DNA from: Candidatus Micrarchaeia archaeon
GTDB lineage: Archaea > Micrarchaeota > Micrarchaeia > Anstonellales > Anstonellaceae
NCBI GenBank assembly: GCA_041663445.1
Contig: JBAYMR010000003.1
Coordinates: 21,123-85,122 of the forward strand
Direction of reading: 5' to 3'
Length of the DNA: 64,000 nucleotides
Positions 18,269 to 28,325 of the stretch are shown piece after piece. The notes beneath the pieces were generated by a model. It saw only the letters and a program-made list of their open reading frames with translations. It was not told where the DNA came from and made no database searches. Positions within the stretch are counted from its first letter, which is position 1. Each line of letters opens with the position of its first letter. The position numbers were made by a program, and so were the translations under genes.

Positions 18269-18766
18269 TTGGCACATTACATGGGTGTGTTTATGGGAAC
18301 TGAATCTCACGTGAAGCTGCCCCCGAAGGGCATGTCGACCAATAGCCTGCTCATGATTGTCAAAAAGCAGTCCGCTCCAAAATCATTCGACAATCTCATG
18401 CTTGATGTTGACAGGCTGAACCAAACGAGGAACGAATCGCCCCAAGCAAAAAAGGCGGACTTGCTGGCAAACGCAATCACTGATGCGCTGAAAATCCTTT
18501 CATATCCTTATGGCTCGCAGCCCGAGCACAAGAGAAAAGCAATGGAACTTCTTTCAAGCGCGCTTGCCAGCGCGGATGGAATCAGCGCGGCTCCCCAGGC
18601 TGGCGGGTTTGGCAAGGCGGAGTACGCCAAGACGCTGTCCAATGTGCTTGATGCGCTTCAAAACGATGACCAGCTGCTTGCGGTGGACGTTGTTTGCGAC
18701 GCGATTTCACTGCTTGAGAAACAAAAGGCAAAATCCGGCGCATCGCAAGCGGGCGCCTCCGAATAA
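18269..18766 (+). CDS. Hypothetical helical protein
   Basis: 165-aa ORF between divergent/co-directional genes; start uncertain. Confidence 0.5.
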   Translation: MAHYMGVFMGTESHVKLPPKGMSTNSLLMIVKKQSAPKSFDNLMLDVDRLNQTRNESPQAKKADLLANAITDALKILSYPYGSQPEHKRKAMELLSSALASADGISAAPQAGGFGKAEYAKTLSNVLDALQNDDQLLAVDVVCDAISLLEKQKAKSGASQAGASE

Positions 18767-18908
18767 ATGCCGCGCCCGCACAAGGCTTCTTCTATCTGCG
18801 CAAACTGCGCGCGCCATCGCAAAAAAACGCGCGCCTGCCCTGCCTATCTCCCTCGTTGGCGTGCAGGTACTATTTTAAACAATCACGCCGATTATCTGCC
18901 AGTTAGCC

Positions 18909-20450
18909 GTGCCCGTGGCGCGGCGGGTGTTTCCCATGGCCGATCCCAAGAAGCGAATGCCTGAAAAGGAAGGCGTGCTCGACTCATACGTATTTGACAA
19001 CGAGGGCATACAGGTGCTCGCAAAGATATTCACCAAGGGCGGGGAATACGTGCCGCAGTACGAGGTGAACGTGCGCGAGCTGTCCGAGGGCACGCGCCTG
19101 GTGCTCAACACCCTCAAGGGCGAGCTTATCACCACGGTGAAGCTCGACATCACCGACATCATAGACCCGAAAAAGAGCGACGAGGTGAGGGTCAAGTTCG
19201 AGTCGCGCGCGAATTTCCTGCTTTCCAAGCACTTCCCCACGCTTTCCGAGGCCGACAAGAAAGTGCTCACCGCCTACCTTCTCCAGAACAGCCTGGGATT
19301 GGGCGACCTGGAGCCTCTCATGCACGACAATGCGCTTGAAGAGGTGGCGATAAATTCCTCTACCGAGCCCGTGTGGGTGTACCACAAAAAATACGGCTGG
19401 TGCAAGACGAACGTGCACCTCAAGAGCGAGGAATCCATCTACGACATCTCGGCGATGATTGGAAGGAGGATTGGCAAGCAGATAAACACCCTGAACCCGG
19501 TGATGGACGCCCATCTTTCTACAGGCGACCGTGTGAACGCCACCATGTTCCCGGTCTCCAGTTTCGGCAACACGATTACCATCAGGAAATTCTCCCGGAA
19601 TCCCTGGACAGTTCCCTACCTCATCGAGCTAAACTGCATCTCCCCGCAGGTGGCGGGCCTCATCTGGCTCTGCATGCAAAACGAGCTGTCCCTGCTGGTC
19701 GCCGGAGGCACGGGCTCGGGAAAAACATCCTTCCTGAATGCCATATCCTGCCTCATCCCCGCCAACCAGCGCATCATTTCCATTGAAGACACGCGCGAAC
19801 TTACGCTCCCCGGCTTCCTGCAATGGGTGCCCATGGTGACGCGCGAGCCGAACGCGGAAGGCAAGGGCGAGATAACCATGCTCGACCTGCTGGTGAACTC
19901 GCTGCGCCAGAGGCCCGACAGGATAATCGTCGGCGAAGTGAGGAAGCAGCGCGAGGCCGAGATACTTTTCGAGGCAATGCACACCGGGCACTCCGTCTAT
20001 GCGACGCTGCACGCGGACAACGCGGCAGAGGCGGTGACAAGGCTTACCACGCCCCCGATTTCAATGCCGAGGGAATCCCTCTCCGCGCTTGCGGGCGTGG
20101 TGGTGCAGTTCCGCCACAGGCGCCTGAACATCCGCCGCACCCTTGAATTCGCAGAGGTGCAGAAGGGCGGCGACATCAACTCGCTTTACCGCTGGGACGT
20201 GAAGACGGACAAGATTGCCGAGGTCGGGAAAATGGTCTCCCTCGCGGCAACGCTTTCCCTCTACTCTGGCCTCACGCAGCGCGAGATAGACCAGGACGTG
20301 TCGGACAAGGCGAAGATTTTCTCCTGGATGGTGAAGAAGGGCTACAAGAGCGTGAACACCGTCGGGGCGCTGGTGTCGCAGTATTACATGAACCCCGACG
20401 CGGTGTTGGCGCTTGCCACAAAGAACGCTGACTGGAACGGGCCCGAGTGA
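18909..20450 (+). CDS. Type IV pilus/Tad assembly ATPase (CpaF/TadA/VirB11 family)
   Basis: Walker A GGTGSGKT, SIEDTREL, RQRPDRIIVGEVR and HTGH...TLHA. The true start is probably a few codons downstream. Confidence 0.93.
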   Translation: MPVARRVFPMADPKKRMPEKEGVLDSYVFDNEGIQVLAKIFTKGGEYVPQYEVNVRELSEGTRLVLNTLKGELITTVKLDITDIIDPKKSDEVRVKFESRANFLLSKHFPTLSEADKKVLTAYLLQNSLGLGDLEPLMHDNALEEVAINSSTEPVWVYHKKYGWCKTNVHLKSEESIYDISAMIGRRIGKQINTLNPVMDAHLSTGDRVNATMFPVSSFGNTITIRKFSRNPWTVPYLIELNCISPQVAGLIWLCMQNELSLLVAGGTGSGKTSFLNAISCLIPANQRIISIEDTRELTLPGFLQWVPMVTREPNAEGKGEITMLDLLVNSLRQRPDRIIVGEVRKQREAEILFEAMHTGHSVYATLHADNAAEAVTRLTTPPISMPRESLSALAGVVVQFRHRRLNIRRTLEFAEVQKGGDINSLYRWDVKTDKIAEVGKMVSLAATLSLYSGLTQREIDQDVSDKAKIFSWMVKKGYKSVNTVGALVSQYYMNPDAVLALATKNADWNGPE

Positions 20451-20539
20451 GCATCAGGCGAGCTCGCTTTGGCGACTGGCGCATCCATGGCGATGCGCGC
20501 GGCACGCCGCAAGGCTTGCAGGGCAACCTGGCTGATACA

Positions 20540-23521
20540 ATGGGCGCAAAAACCGATTTATTCCCCACATTTTCCGAGCTTTGCGCCACCGCCCGCGAGG
20601 TGGAGAAAAAGCCGCTTTCCATCCCTCCCCGCCAAATTGACGGCAAGCTGGTGCTTGACGAGAACTTCGGGATTTTCCCGCGCGAGTTCGAGGATTACAC
20701 CTACAGCTTCCTGCTTTTCGAGGCGCAGAAAATCGAGCGCAGGCGCACCACGGACGCAATCATTTCCTCTTCCGCCAGGCCCGACTCCGCCTCAAGCGCG
20801 CGCCACTTCACTCCCGAGCAGCAGATGGAAAGCGACCTTCGCACGTTTGTCCTGGCACAGGAGCAGCCCTCATTTGATGACGAAGAGGGCAGGCTCCTCA
20901 GGTCGCTCCGGGAAAGGAAGGCGCCCGCGGCATCCCGGCCAAGCGAGGCGGAAGAGTACGAAAAGGAAAATCAGGCGCCGCGCGTTTCCGAAGATGAAGG
21001 CGGCGCGCCTGCCCCTGACGGCGAGGACGCGCCCCTGCCTGAAAAGGAGGCGCCGCTTTTGCCTAGGCAGCAAAGCGCAGATGCCCCGCAGTTGCCCCAG
21101 GCGAGGCCACGGGTGCTGCCGCCCAAGCTGCCCATGGGCGCAGGGCAGACAAAAGCCGCCGCGCCCATCGCTGCGCCGCAGGCCCCATCGGCAAGGCCGC
21201 CCACGCATCTCGTGCGGCAAGCCGGCGCCGCAAGGGCATCCGAGCAGGACGCTTCCCAGCCTTATGAGCCAATCCGGCAGCAACCATCTTCATTGGGCGC
21301 GCCCGAGCAGCCTTCCGTTTCCGAAGGCGGAAAAAAGCCGCCGGCGGGAATCACATCCTACTCCAAGCTTTCCCCGCGCCTGCAATCGCTCATAGAGGCG
21401 AAGCTGCGCCGCGAGGAGGAAAAGGCGAAGAAATCGCGCGAGGACTCGGACATCTTCAAGACCCCGCCGCCAGCGCCGGACGAGGAGCCTGCGGAAGCCG
21501 AATCAGGGCAGGGGCAGGAAGATGCGGATGCGCCCAATGCATGGAATGTTCATGATGAGGAAACTGACGCCGAAGGCGCGGAGGGCGTGCCGGACGCGCG
21601 CGCCAGGGGAAAGAAAGTTCCGCTGCCCGCGCCCGCCGCCGATGGCGATGGCGGGGAAATAATGCCTGAATTCTCCCCTGATGCGGAAGAAGAGGCTGGC
21701 GCGCGCGAGCCTGATGCGAAAAGCCAGCGCAAGCCGCCGCTCCGCAGGATGCAGGGCGAATCATCCCCGGCGCAGGATGAAGGGCGGCTTTCGCAGCAAG
21801 ATGAAGAAGAGGCGCCTGCGCCGGACGAAAAGGAACAGGCTCCCCTGGAAGAAGAGGAAGAAAGGGAGGCGCCTGAGCCTGAAGAGGAAGCGCAGCCGCA
21901 ATCCGCGCGCGGCGAAGAAGAGCCGCAGCCCGGGCGCAGCGAAAAGGAGGAAACAATCTTCCCGGAGCCGGAGCAAGCCCATGCCCGCGCAGGGCCAATC
22001 ACGATAAAGCCGCTATTCCCCGATGCCGCTTCCGGGCCTTCACAGGAAAGGCAGGCGGCATCCAAGGCGGATGACTCGGACAGGATGCGCCGCATCCAGC
22101 GGATAATCGAGGATTTGTCGCCGGACAAGGTGCGCGCGCAGCCAAAGCGGGATGACATTTCATTTGAGAAGGATGAAAAAACCCACGATGGCGGAAAAGC
22201 CGAGGAAGACGGGATGGCAAAAGAGCCGCAAGAGGAAATGCCGTCTCCCGCACCGGCGCAGCAAAAGGGCGTCCCCGGCAGAAAATCCAAGGCGCTGCCA
22301 TTGCCAAAATCCGCTGGCGCGAAGAAGAGAAAAGCTGTGCCTGCGCAGGAAAAAGAAGCGCCCAAAGGAAAGCAAAGGGCAACACCTGCCAAAAAACTGC
22401 CGAGCAAAGCCAAAGCGCAGGCAGAAGAACTGCCAGAAGAAGAGGCAACCGAAGCTCCCGGAACAAGAAAAATAGTTCCCGCCCTCCCTGCGCGCGAGGA
22501 GGAAAGCGAACAGGCAGAAACGCAGGAGGATGAAATTCCCGCTCCGAAAAAGCTTGCTCCCCGCCTGCCTGTGCGCGAAGAGGCGGAGGAGGGATGGCAA
22601 GCGCCGCAAAGGCAGCCGCGCAAGCTGGTGCCAAGGATTCCTGCGCGCGAGGAGGAAAGCGGCGAGGAAACGGAAGAGGCGCCTGCCGCGCCGGCCAGGA
22701 AAAAACTAATTCCCCGCCTGCCTTCACGCGAAGAGGCGGAAACTGATGTGGAAACGGAAGACGAAGCGCCTGCCGCGCAGGTTTCCCCCCTGCGGCGAAG
22801 GGTGCTGCCGGGCATGGGGCGCACCGCGCCTTCCACCCCTCAAACTTACGTGCCTCCTGCGCGGGAAAGGAAACCAGCCTTGCAGCCGGTTGCCGAGCCT
22901 GCGCAGCCAGCGGGCGAGCCTGAAGAAGCTGAAACAAATGAAGCTGAAACAGAAGAAGCGCCGGCGGCAGGGGAGGAAGGGGCTTCGCCCCGCCTTGCGC
23001 CGCTCAAGCCCAGGAAGCTGGTTTCAGACGAAGCCATGCCTGACTCGGAAAAAACCCCGGAGCAGGTTTTGCAGGAGAAGAAGATGGAGAAGATGGCCGA
23101 GCAGCTTGCAAGGCTCGAGGCCGGCAAGGTGAAGGAAGTGGCTGGCACGGCTGCATTGCCTGCGGAGGAAGAGGACGTCCCGCTCCCTGACGATGACGGG
23201 GGCGTGCCCAAGCCCGAGCAATACGAGCAGGCAAAGGAAAGCCTGCGCAAGGAGCTTGAGCACGAGGAGACCGCGCGCAAGGTGAAGCAGGAGGACGAGG
23301 CCATAGTCGAGCAGTACGCAAAGGACCGCCTGGTGTGGCTTTACGAGATATACAAGATGGGCGGCATGGGCAGGGAGGATTTCCTGCAAAAGGCATCCGA
23401 GAAATATTCCGAGGCGCAAAACGCAGGCGCAGCCCCGGCTGCGGCGGCTGGCGATGGCGCGCCGCCAAACCCGGCGCTTGCGGCGCTTGGGAAGGAAATT
23501 GAAAAGAAGGACAAAAAGTAG
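20540..23521 (+). CDS. Large acidic/Pro-rich, largely disordered protein within the pilus locus
   Basis: About 990-aa ORF rich in E/A/P/K, with internal repeats and short helical N- and C-terminal regions. Confidence 0.75.
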   Translation: MGAKTDLFPTFSELCATAREVEKKPLSIPPRQIDGKLVLDENFGIFPREFEDYTYSFLLFEAQKIERRRTTDAIISSSARPDSASSARHFTPEQQMESDLRTFVLAQEQPSFDDEEGRLLRSLRERKAPAASRPSEAEEYEKENQAPRVSEDEGGAPAPDGEDAPLPEKEAPLLPRQQSADAPQLPQARPRVLPPKLPMGAGQTKAAAPIAAPQAPSARPPTHLVRQAGAARASEQDASQPYEPIRQQPSSLGAPEQPSVSEGGKKPPAGITSYSKLSPRLQSLIEAKLRREEEKAKKSREDSDIFKTPPPAPDEEPAEAESGQGQEDADAPNAWNVHDEETDAEGAEGVPDARARGKKVPLPAPAADGDGGEIMPEFSPDAEEEAGAREPDAKSQRKPPLRRMQGESSPAQDEGRLSQQDEEEAPAPDEKEQAPLEEEEEREAPEPEEEAQPQSARGEEEPQPGRSEKEETIFPEPEQAHARAGPITIKPLFPDAASGPSQERQAASKADDSDRMRRIQRIIEDLSPDKVRAQPKRDDISFEKDEKTHDGGKAEEDGMAKEPQEEMPSPAPAQQKGVPGRKSKALPLPKSAGAKKRKAVPAQEKEAPKGKQRATPAKKLPSKAKAQAEELPEEEATEAPGTRKIVPALPAREEESEQAETQEDEIPAPKKLAPRLPVREEAEEGWQAPQRQPRKLVPRIPAREEESGEETEEAPAAPARKKLIPRLPSREEAETDVETEDEAPAAQVSPLRRRVLPGMGRTAPSTPQTYVPPARERKPALQPVAEPAQPAGEPEEAETNEAETEEAPAAGEEGASPRLAPLKPRKLVSDEAMPDSEKTPEQVLQEKKMEKMAEQLARLEAGKVKEVAGTAALPAEEEDVPLPDDDGGVPKPEQYEQAKESLRKELEHEETARKVKQEDEAIVEQYAKDRLVWLYEIYKMGGMGREDFLQKASEKYSEAQNAGAAPAAAAGDGAPPNPALAALGKEIEKKDKK
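22466..22744 (+). repeat. Four in-frame degenerate peptide repeats [RK]K[IL]xPx[LI]PxREE
   Basis: RKIVPALPAREEES, KKLAPRLPVREEAE, RKLVPRIPAREEES, KKLIPRLPSREEAE. Confidence 0.85.
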
Positions 23522-23599
23522 AAGGGCAAAAAGTGGCTGTGCGCCAACAGGTGCATTTTAATAAATTGCACCGGAATTAATGTCAAGCGAGGGAAACGG

Positions 23600-24526
23600 A
23601 TGGAACAAAACGACAAGAACGCAAAACTGGCGCCGCGCTCCCCTCACCCGCTGGTGGCCCAGCCCCTGCGCGAAACCGAAGGCGCCCAGGACCCGTCAAG
23701 CTTCCGCCTGTTCTTCAAGTCAATTTCGCTGCGGTTCCCCCTCCTCAAGCGCCAGCTCGTCCAGGCGCAGATGAACTACACCCCTGCGGGCTTTGTCCGC
23801 TACGCGCTTTTCGGGGCGGTCTACATCACCGCGGTGCTGCTCCTGCTTTCATGGCTGCTGCTCCGCTCCACCGACATCTCCCTGCTGTTCCTCGCCGTGC
23901 TTGCGCCAATGCTCTACATCGCCATGTTCCTGTACCTCATGCAGTTCCCGGTGGTGGAGGCAAGGCAGCGCGCGAAAAGGATAGACCAGGAGCTTGTCTT
24001 TGCGGGCAGGCACATGCTGATAGAATTGCAGTCGGGCGTGCCGCTTTTCGACGCCATGCTCGGCATAAGCCGCGACTACGGGCCGGTGTCCGAGGAGTTC
24101 AACAAGATAGTTGAGAAAGTCACGCTCGGCGTGCCGCTGGGGGCCGCGCTCCACGAGGTCGCGGAGAACAACCCGTCCCCATACTTCAACCGCCTCGTGC
24201 TCCAGCTTGCAAACTCGCTGGCGTCGGGCGCGGATGTCGCAGTCACGCTCGAATCGTCCCTCGACCAGATATCCAAGGAGCAGGTGCTTGAGCTCAAGGC
24301 ATACGGGCAGAAGCTCAATCCGCTCGTGATGTTCTTCATGATTTTCGGCATAATCATGCCCTCGCTGGGCGTCGCATTCATGATAATGCTGGTGTCCTTC
24401 ATCGGCGGCACGGGCATATCGTTCGGGCCGACCGCGCTTTTCGGGATACTTGCCTGCATAGGCATCATCCAGTTCATTTTCCTGTCGGTGGTAGAATCGT
24501 CCAGGCCGAAGTTCGACATAGTTTGA
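23600..24526 (+). CDS. Type II secretion F-domain / TadC-like pilus platform protein
   Basis: IDQELVFAGRHMLIELQSGVPL, YGPVSEEF, and YGQKLNPL followed by TM helices. Confidence 0.88.
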   Translation: MEQNDKNAKLAPRSPHPLVAQPLRETEGAQDPSSFRLFFKSISLRFPLLKRQLVQAQMNYTPAGFVRYALFGAVYITAVLLLLSWLLLRSTDISLLFLAVLAPMLYIAMFLYLMQFPVVEARQRAKRIDQELVFAGRHMLIELQSGVPLFDAMLGISRDYGPVSEEFNKIVEKVTLGVPLGAALHEVAENNPSPYFNRLVLQLANSLASGADVAVTLESSLDQISKEQVLELKAYGQKLNPLVMFFMIFGIIMPSLGVAFMIMLVSFIGGTGISFGPTALFGILACIGIIQFIFLSVVESSRPKFDIV

Positions 24527-24536
24527 CGGTGCGCTT

Positions 24537-25604
24537 ATGGCATTGAGATTATACGAGATGGTGGGGCGGGTTTTCAGCCGCTCGCAGACGCGCCAGCTCG
24601 GGCATTTGCTCGAGGCGTCCGGCATGGACTTTGTCCCCGAGGCGTTTGCGGGCTTCCTGGTGATACTCTGCACGCTCACCTCCATCCTCACATACCTCCT
24701 TTTTGTCGGGGTTGCGCCGCTGCGGGGCGTGCTTTTCAAGTTCGCGCTCATGCTGTCCACCAGCCTCACCATGTCCTCCCCCTACCTCCTGACGCTTTTT
24801 GCCGCGCTCTTTTCCGTCCTGCTTGCGAGCGGAATCATATGCCTTGTCGCATACGTGTCGCTCCTCCTCATGGCGGACGAGCGCAGGCGCAGGGTGGAAG
24901 ACGTGCTTCCCGAGTTCCTGTCTCTTTCGGCCTCGAACGTGCGCGCGGGGATGACCATTGACCAGGCGATGTGGTATGCGGCAAAGCCGGAGTTCGGCAT
25001 ATTGTCCGACGAGGTGGCGACTGTCGCGAAAAAGGCGTTCGGCGGCGTCCCCTTCAACACCGCCATAGACCATCTCACCGAGCGCTTCAATTCCAAGGCG
25101 ATAAGGCGGACCGTCGCGCTCATAAAGCAGGGCATCGCATCGGGCGGAAAGCTTGCGGACATACTTGAGCGGACCGCGGAGGACACGCGCCAGATGGCGT
25201 CGCTTAGGAAGGAGATTTCCACCTCGCTCATAATGTACGTGATATTCATAGTGTTCGCAGGCGCAGTCGGCACGCCGTTCCTTTTCGCAATCTCGGGCAA
25301 GCTCGTGGGCATGATTGAGAGCATCTTTGCCGCGCAGCAGTTCTCGGACATCTCGACTTCCGCCTACTCCAGCTCGCTCATCGTCCCGCAGAAGCCGCTC
25401 ATCACATCGTCCGAGTTCTACATCTTCACCATTCTCTGCTGCATCGTGACCGCGGTCTTCTCCTCGCTCATAATCGGGGTGATTTCCAAGGGGAGCAAGA
25501 AGGACGGCATGACTTACCTTCCCGTGCTGCTGATAGGGTCGCTCCTGATACTTTTCCTGATGGGCTTTTTGCTCGACACCGTACTGGCAAATATATATAT
25601 TTAA
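24537..25604 (+). CDS. Second type II secretion F-domain / TadB-TadC-like platform protein
   Basis: VEDVLPEFL...NVRAGMT, EFGILSDE, SGGKLADIL and TM helices. Confidence 0.88.
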   Translation: MALRLYEMVGRVFSRSQTRQLGHLLEASGMDFVPEAFAGFLVILCTLTSILTYLLFVGVAPLRGVLFKFALMLSTSLTMSSPYLLTLFAALFSVLLASGIICLVAYVSLLLMADERRRRVEDVLPEFLSLSASNVRAGMTIDQAMWYAAKPEFGILSDEVATVAKKAFGGVPFNTAIDHLTERFNSKAIRRTVALIKQGIASGGKLADILERTAEDTRQMASLRKEISTSLIMYVIFIVFAGAVGTPFLFAISGKLVGMIESIFAAQQFSDISTSAYSSSLIVPQKPLITSSEFYIFTILCCIVTAVFSSLIIGVISKGSKKDGMTYLPVLLIGSLLILFLMGFLLDTVLANIYI

Positions 25605-25630
25605 CGTGAAAATAGGCAATAGGTGGTTTG

Positions 25631-26173
25631 ATGATTGGTAAAAGAACCGGGCAGGCAGCCATGGAATACTTAATGACTTATGGCTGGGCGCTTCTTGTCA
25701 TCGTCGTGGTTATCGCAATCCTACTCGTCATGAACCCATTCTCAGCCCCGCAGTCCTGCAAGTTTGACTCGGTGGGCTTTGTCTGCGACGCTCCCGCAAT
25801 CGGGACGGACGGCTACCTCTTCATGAAGCTCACGAACGGGAACAACAACGCAATCAACCTCTTTGGGGTGAAATGCACACAGGCAAAGACAAACGCTGCG
25901 CCAGACTTTACGGCGCCAACTGACCCGCTCAAGATGGTGCAGAGGCAGGACTACTACCAAATCAACTCCACTAACAAGGTTCAATGCACCGACGCAAACG
26001 GCAATAAGCTGACAAGCATCGCGTCCGGCACCGATTTCTCCGGCAAGATTTGGGTGTACTACAGGAACACCGAGGACGGGAGCGACTACCCGATGCGCAC
26101 TGCGAGCGCAACCATCGTGACAAAGGTGGTGGGCACGAGTTCCACTGTAACGCCGCCAAACAACGACGTGTAA
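25631..26173 (+). CDS. Type IV pilin with class III signal peptide
   Basis: KRTG|QAAMEYLMTYGWALLVIVVVIAILL with Glu at +5; followed by an oligo(T) terminator. Confidence 0.88.
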   Translation: MIGKRTGQAAMEYLMTYGWALLVIVVVIAILLVMNPFSAPQSCKFDSVGFVCDAPAIGTDGYLFMKLTNGNNNAINLFGVKCTQAKTNAAPDFTAPTDPLKMVQRQDYYQINSTNKVQCTDANGNKLTSIASGTDFSGKIWVYYRNTEDGSDYPMRTASATIVTKVVGTSSTVTPPNNDV

Positions 26174-26307
26174 GCCTGAGTTCCCTTTTTTCTTTTTCTG
26201 TTTTTTCTTCCCCCTTAGCGCAAAGCCTGCGCGCACTCTTCCAATACAAACCATTATAAACCACATCTAGCATATTAAGCATATTAGATGCGCATCAGGG
26301 ATTCTCT

Positions 26308-27006
26308 ATGAAATTCAAAACCGCAGCAGCCGTTGCCATAGCCGCAGTGGGGATGTCCCTTTTCGGAGGGCATGCCATGCCCGGCAACGCCGCGCCGTTT
26401 CAGGCAACCCGCATCTGTGCACCTTCCGGGAAAGCATATTCTCCCGGGCCATTTTCTGCAATGGCAATGCCTGACACCATAATAAAAGAAGTCAAGGGCG
26501 CGCAGCCTGGCAATCTCGCTTCAGCCCTTTCGGCCCTCAGGAACGCTCCCCAGAACGACACCCTCTGCGGCGAAGTGGCAAGCATCTACTACGGGCTTTC
26601 CCAGTTCGGCAAGGCTGGAAAATACTACGGAAAGGCGGCTGCCATTGCGCCCAGCCAGCCAATGTGGCAATATGCCCTCGGCGATGTCGCATTCACGCAG
26701 TCCAAGCATTCCGACGCCATCGTGCACTATGAAAAGGCAATCTCCCTCGCAGGCAGCGAGGCTGCAGGCTCCTATGCGGGCATTTTCTTCAGGCTGGGGC
26801 TTTGCTATTCGGAACTCGGCACAAGGCTTTCCGACAGGAAGATGATGGAAAAAGGCGTGGACGCGCTCTCAAGGTCCATACAGCTCGGCTATTCCGTCGT
26901 GGACTGCCTGTCAGTGCGCATCGGGCTGTACTCGCTGCTTGGCAACGCCGCTGCCGCTCAGAAGGATTATGAAACCCTCGCAGGCATGCTGCAAGGCGAA
27001 GAATGA
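26308..27006 (+). CDS. Secreted TPR-repeat protein
   Basis: Signal peptide, then TPR-like repeats (YYGKAAAIAP, YALGDVAF, HYEKAISL, FFRLGLCY). Confidence 0.75.
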   Translation: MKFKTAAAVAIAAVGMSLFGGHAMPGNAAPFQATRICAPSGKAYSPGPFSAMAMPDTIIKEVKGAQPGNLASALSALRNAPQNDTLCGEVASIYYGLSQFGKAGKYYGKAAAIAPSQPMWQYALGDVAFTQSKHSDAIVHYEKAISLAGSEAAGSYAGIFFRLGLCYSELGTRLSDRKMMEKGVDALSRSIQLGYSVVDCLSVRIGLYSLLGNAAAAQKDYETLAGMLQGEE

Positions 27007-27016
27007 CGTTGCGCGC

Positions 27017-27448
27017 CTACTGGGCCTGGAGCTTCGGGCCGGTCATTTTCTTCTTCTCCAGAGTGATTGCGTTGTTAGTGGCCTCTTGCAGGATTTTCGC
27101 CGTCTCCGTGCCTGGCATGGTCATTTTTGCCACGTTGTTCAGCTTGACCATCTCCGGTGGGGGAAGAATGTGTGGCTGGGTGTCAATCCCAAGGGGCCTG
27201 CGCTCACCTGAGAATTCCTTTTCCGATGGTACAGTAATTTCCCGTCCCTTGAAGCTGGCCAGGTAATTCTCCGACTCGGTGCTCTTTCCGCCATGCCTCT
27301 GCGCGGCGTCTATGGCGTTCAAGGCAGTCCCAACTTTCTCCGCCTCCTCGGCAGTGAGGGGGACAACATTTATCTTGGTGTTATCTATGACCCCGTCCCG
27401 GCTTCCAACGCAGTACAATGCAACGTATTCTTCCTTTCCTGGCGCCAA
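27017..27448 (-). CDS. Hypothetical protein
   Basis: 3' part of the 27017..28021 ORF. An AGGTGG SD precedes a TTG at 27448 (MAPGKEEYVALYC...). Confidence 0.45.
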   Translation of the reverse strand: MAPGKEEYVALYCVGSRDGVIDNTKINVVPLTAEEAEKVGTALNAIDAAQRHGGKSTESENYLASFKGREITVPSEKEFSGERRPLGIDTQPHILPPPEMVKLNNVAKMTMPGTETAKILQEATNNAITLEKKKMTGPKLQAQ

Positions 27449-27587
27449 AGAACCACCTGTGTTTTCTCTACTTACAAACCCTTTTAAACCCTCAGCCTTC
27501 CAATAGGGGACGTACACATACACAAAAAAGGAGACGACGGCTTTTTGTCTTCTTAGGAACCATAATGCGAATATTGAGGTGAAACTT

Positions 27588-28295
27588 ATGTACCCACCCG
27601 CACAGCAGGCATATGACCGCGCAATCACGGTCTTCTCCCCTGACGGCAGGCTATTCCAGGTGGAATACGCCAAGGAGGCGGTGAAGCGCGGCGCAACCGC
27701 AATCGGCATGGTCTTCGAAGGGGGCGTGCTTCTTGTCGCATACAAGAACGCCAACTCCAAGCTTCTCGTTCCCGAATCCATGAAAAAGGTTTTCGAAATC
27801 GACAAGCACATCGCCGCGACGGCGTCGGGCCTCATCGCGGACGCGCGGCGGCTCGTGGACCTTGCGCGCACGGAATCCCAGCGCCACAAGCTGGCATACT
27901 CCGAGCCCGCATCCGTCGAGATGATTTCAAAGGAGCTTTGCGACCTCATGCAGGTGTACACCCAGTATGGGGGAATCCGCCCCTTCGGCGTGTCGCTGCT
28001 CGTTGCCGGCGTGGACGACAAGCCGCGCCTGTTCGAGGCAGAGCCCTCGGGCGCACTGACCGGCTACCTTGCCGACGCAGTGGGCTCGGGCAAGAAGGAG
28101 GTCGAGGAATTCTTCGAGAAGGAGTACAAGCCCGGCATGAGCCAGGACGAGGCAATCGCCCTTGCCATGAAGGCGCTCAAAAAGTCCGCCGACCTCAAGG
28201 TGACGCCGGACACGGTTGAAATCGCGGTGGCCACCATGAAGAGCAAGGAGTTCACCATCCTCTCCCCCAAGGAGATAGAGAAGTACATCAAGTAA
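27588..28295 (+). CDS. psmA: Proteasome alpha subunit
   Basis: YDRAITVFSPDGRLFQVEYA and RPFGVSLL. Confidence 0.97.
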   Translation: MYPPAQQAYDRAITVFSPDGRLFQVEYAKEAVKRGATAIGMVFEGGVLLVAYKNANSKLLVPESMKKVFEIDKHIAATASGLIADARRLVDLARTESQRHKLAYSEPASVEMISKELCDLMQVYTQYGGIRPFGVSLLVAGVDDKPRLFEAEPSGALTGYLADAVGSGKKEVEEFFEKEYKPGMSQDEAIALAMKALKKSADLKVTPDTVEIAVATMKSKEFTILSPKEIEKYIK

Positions 28296-28325
28296 ATCAA
28301 ATGGAAGCAAATAGAAGATGGAACA

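Noticed and set aside
21550-22836. Long antisense and alternate-frame ORFs (also e.g. 24549-25619, 27927-28847, 33663-35051)
   Set aside because: Shadow ORFs of GC-rich genes that have clear family motifs or expected composition on the other strand or frame.
18909-26173. Archaellum operon
   Set aside because: No archaellin, ArlF/G/H or single ArlJ. Two TadC-like genes and a GQ-x-x-x-E pilin fit an adhesive type IV pilus.
27449-28021. 5' part of the 334-aa minus-strand ORF
   Set aside because: It overlaps psmA antisense. Only the part from the SD-preceded TTG at 27448 is retained.
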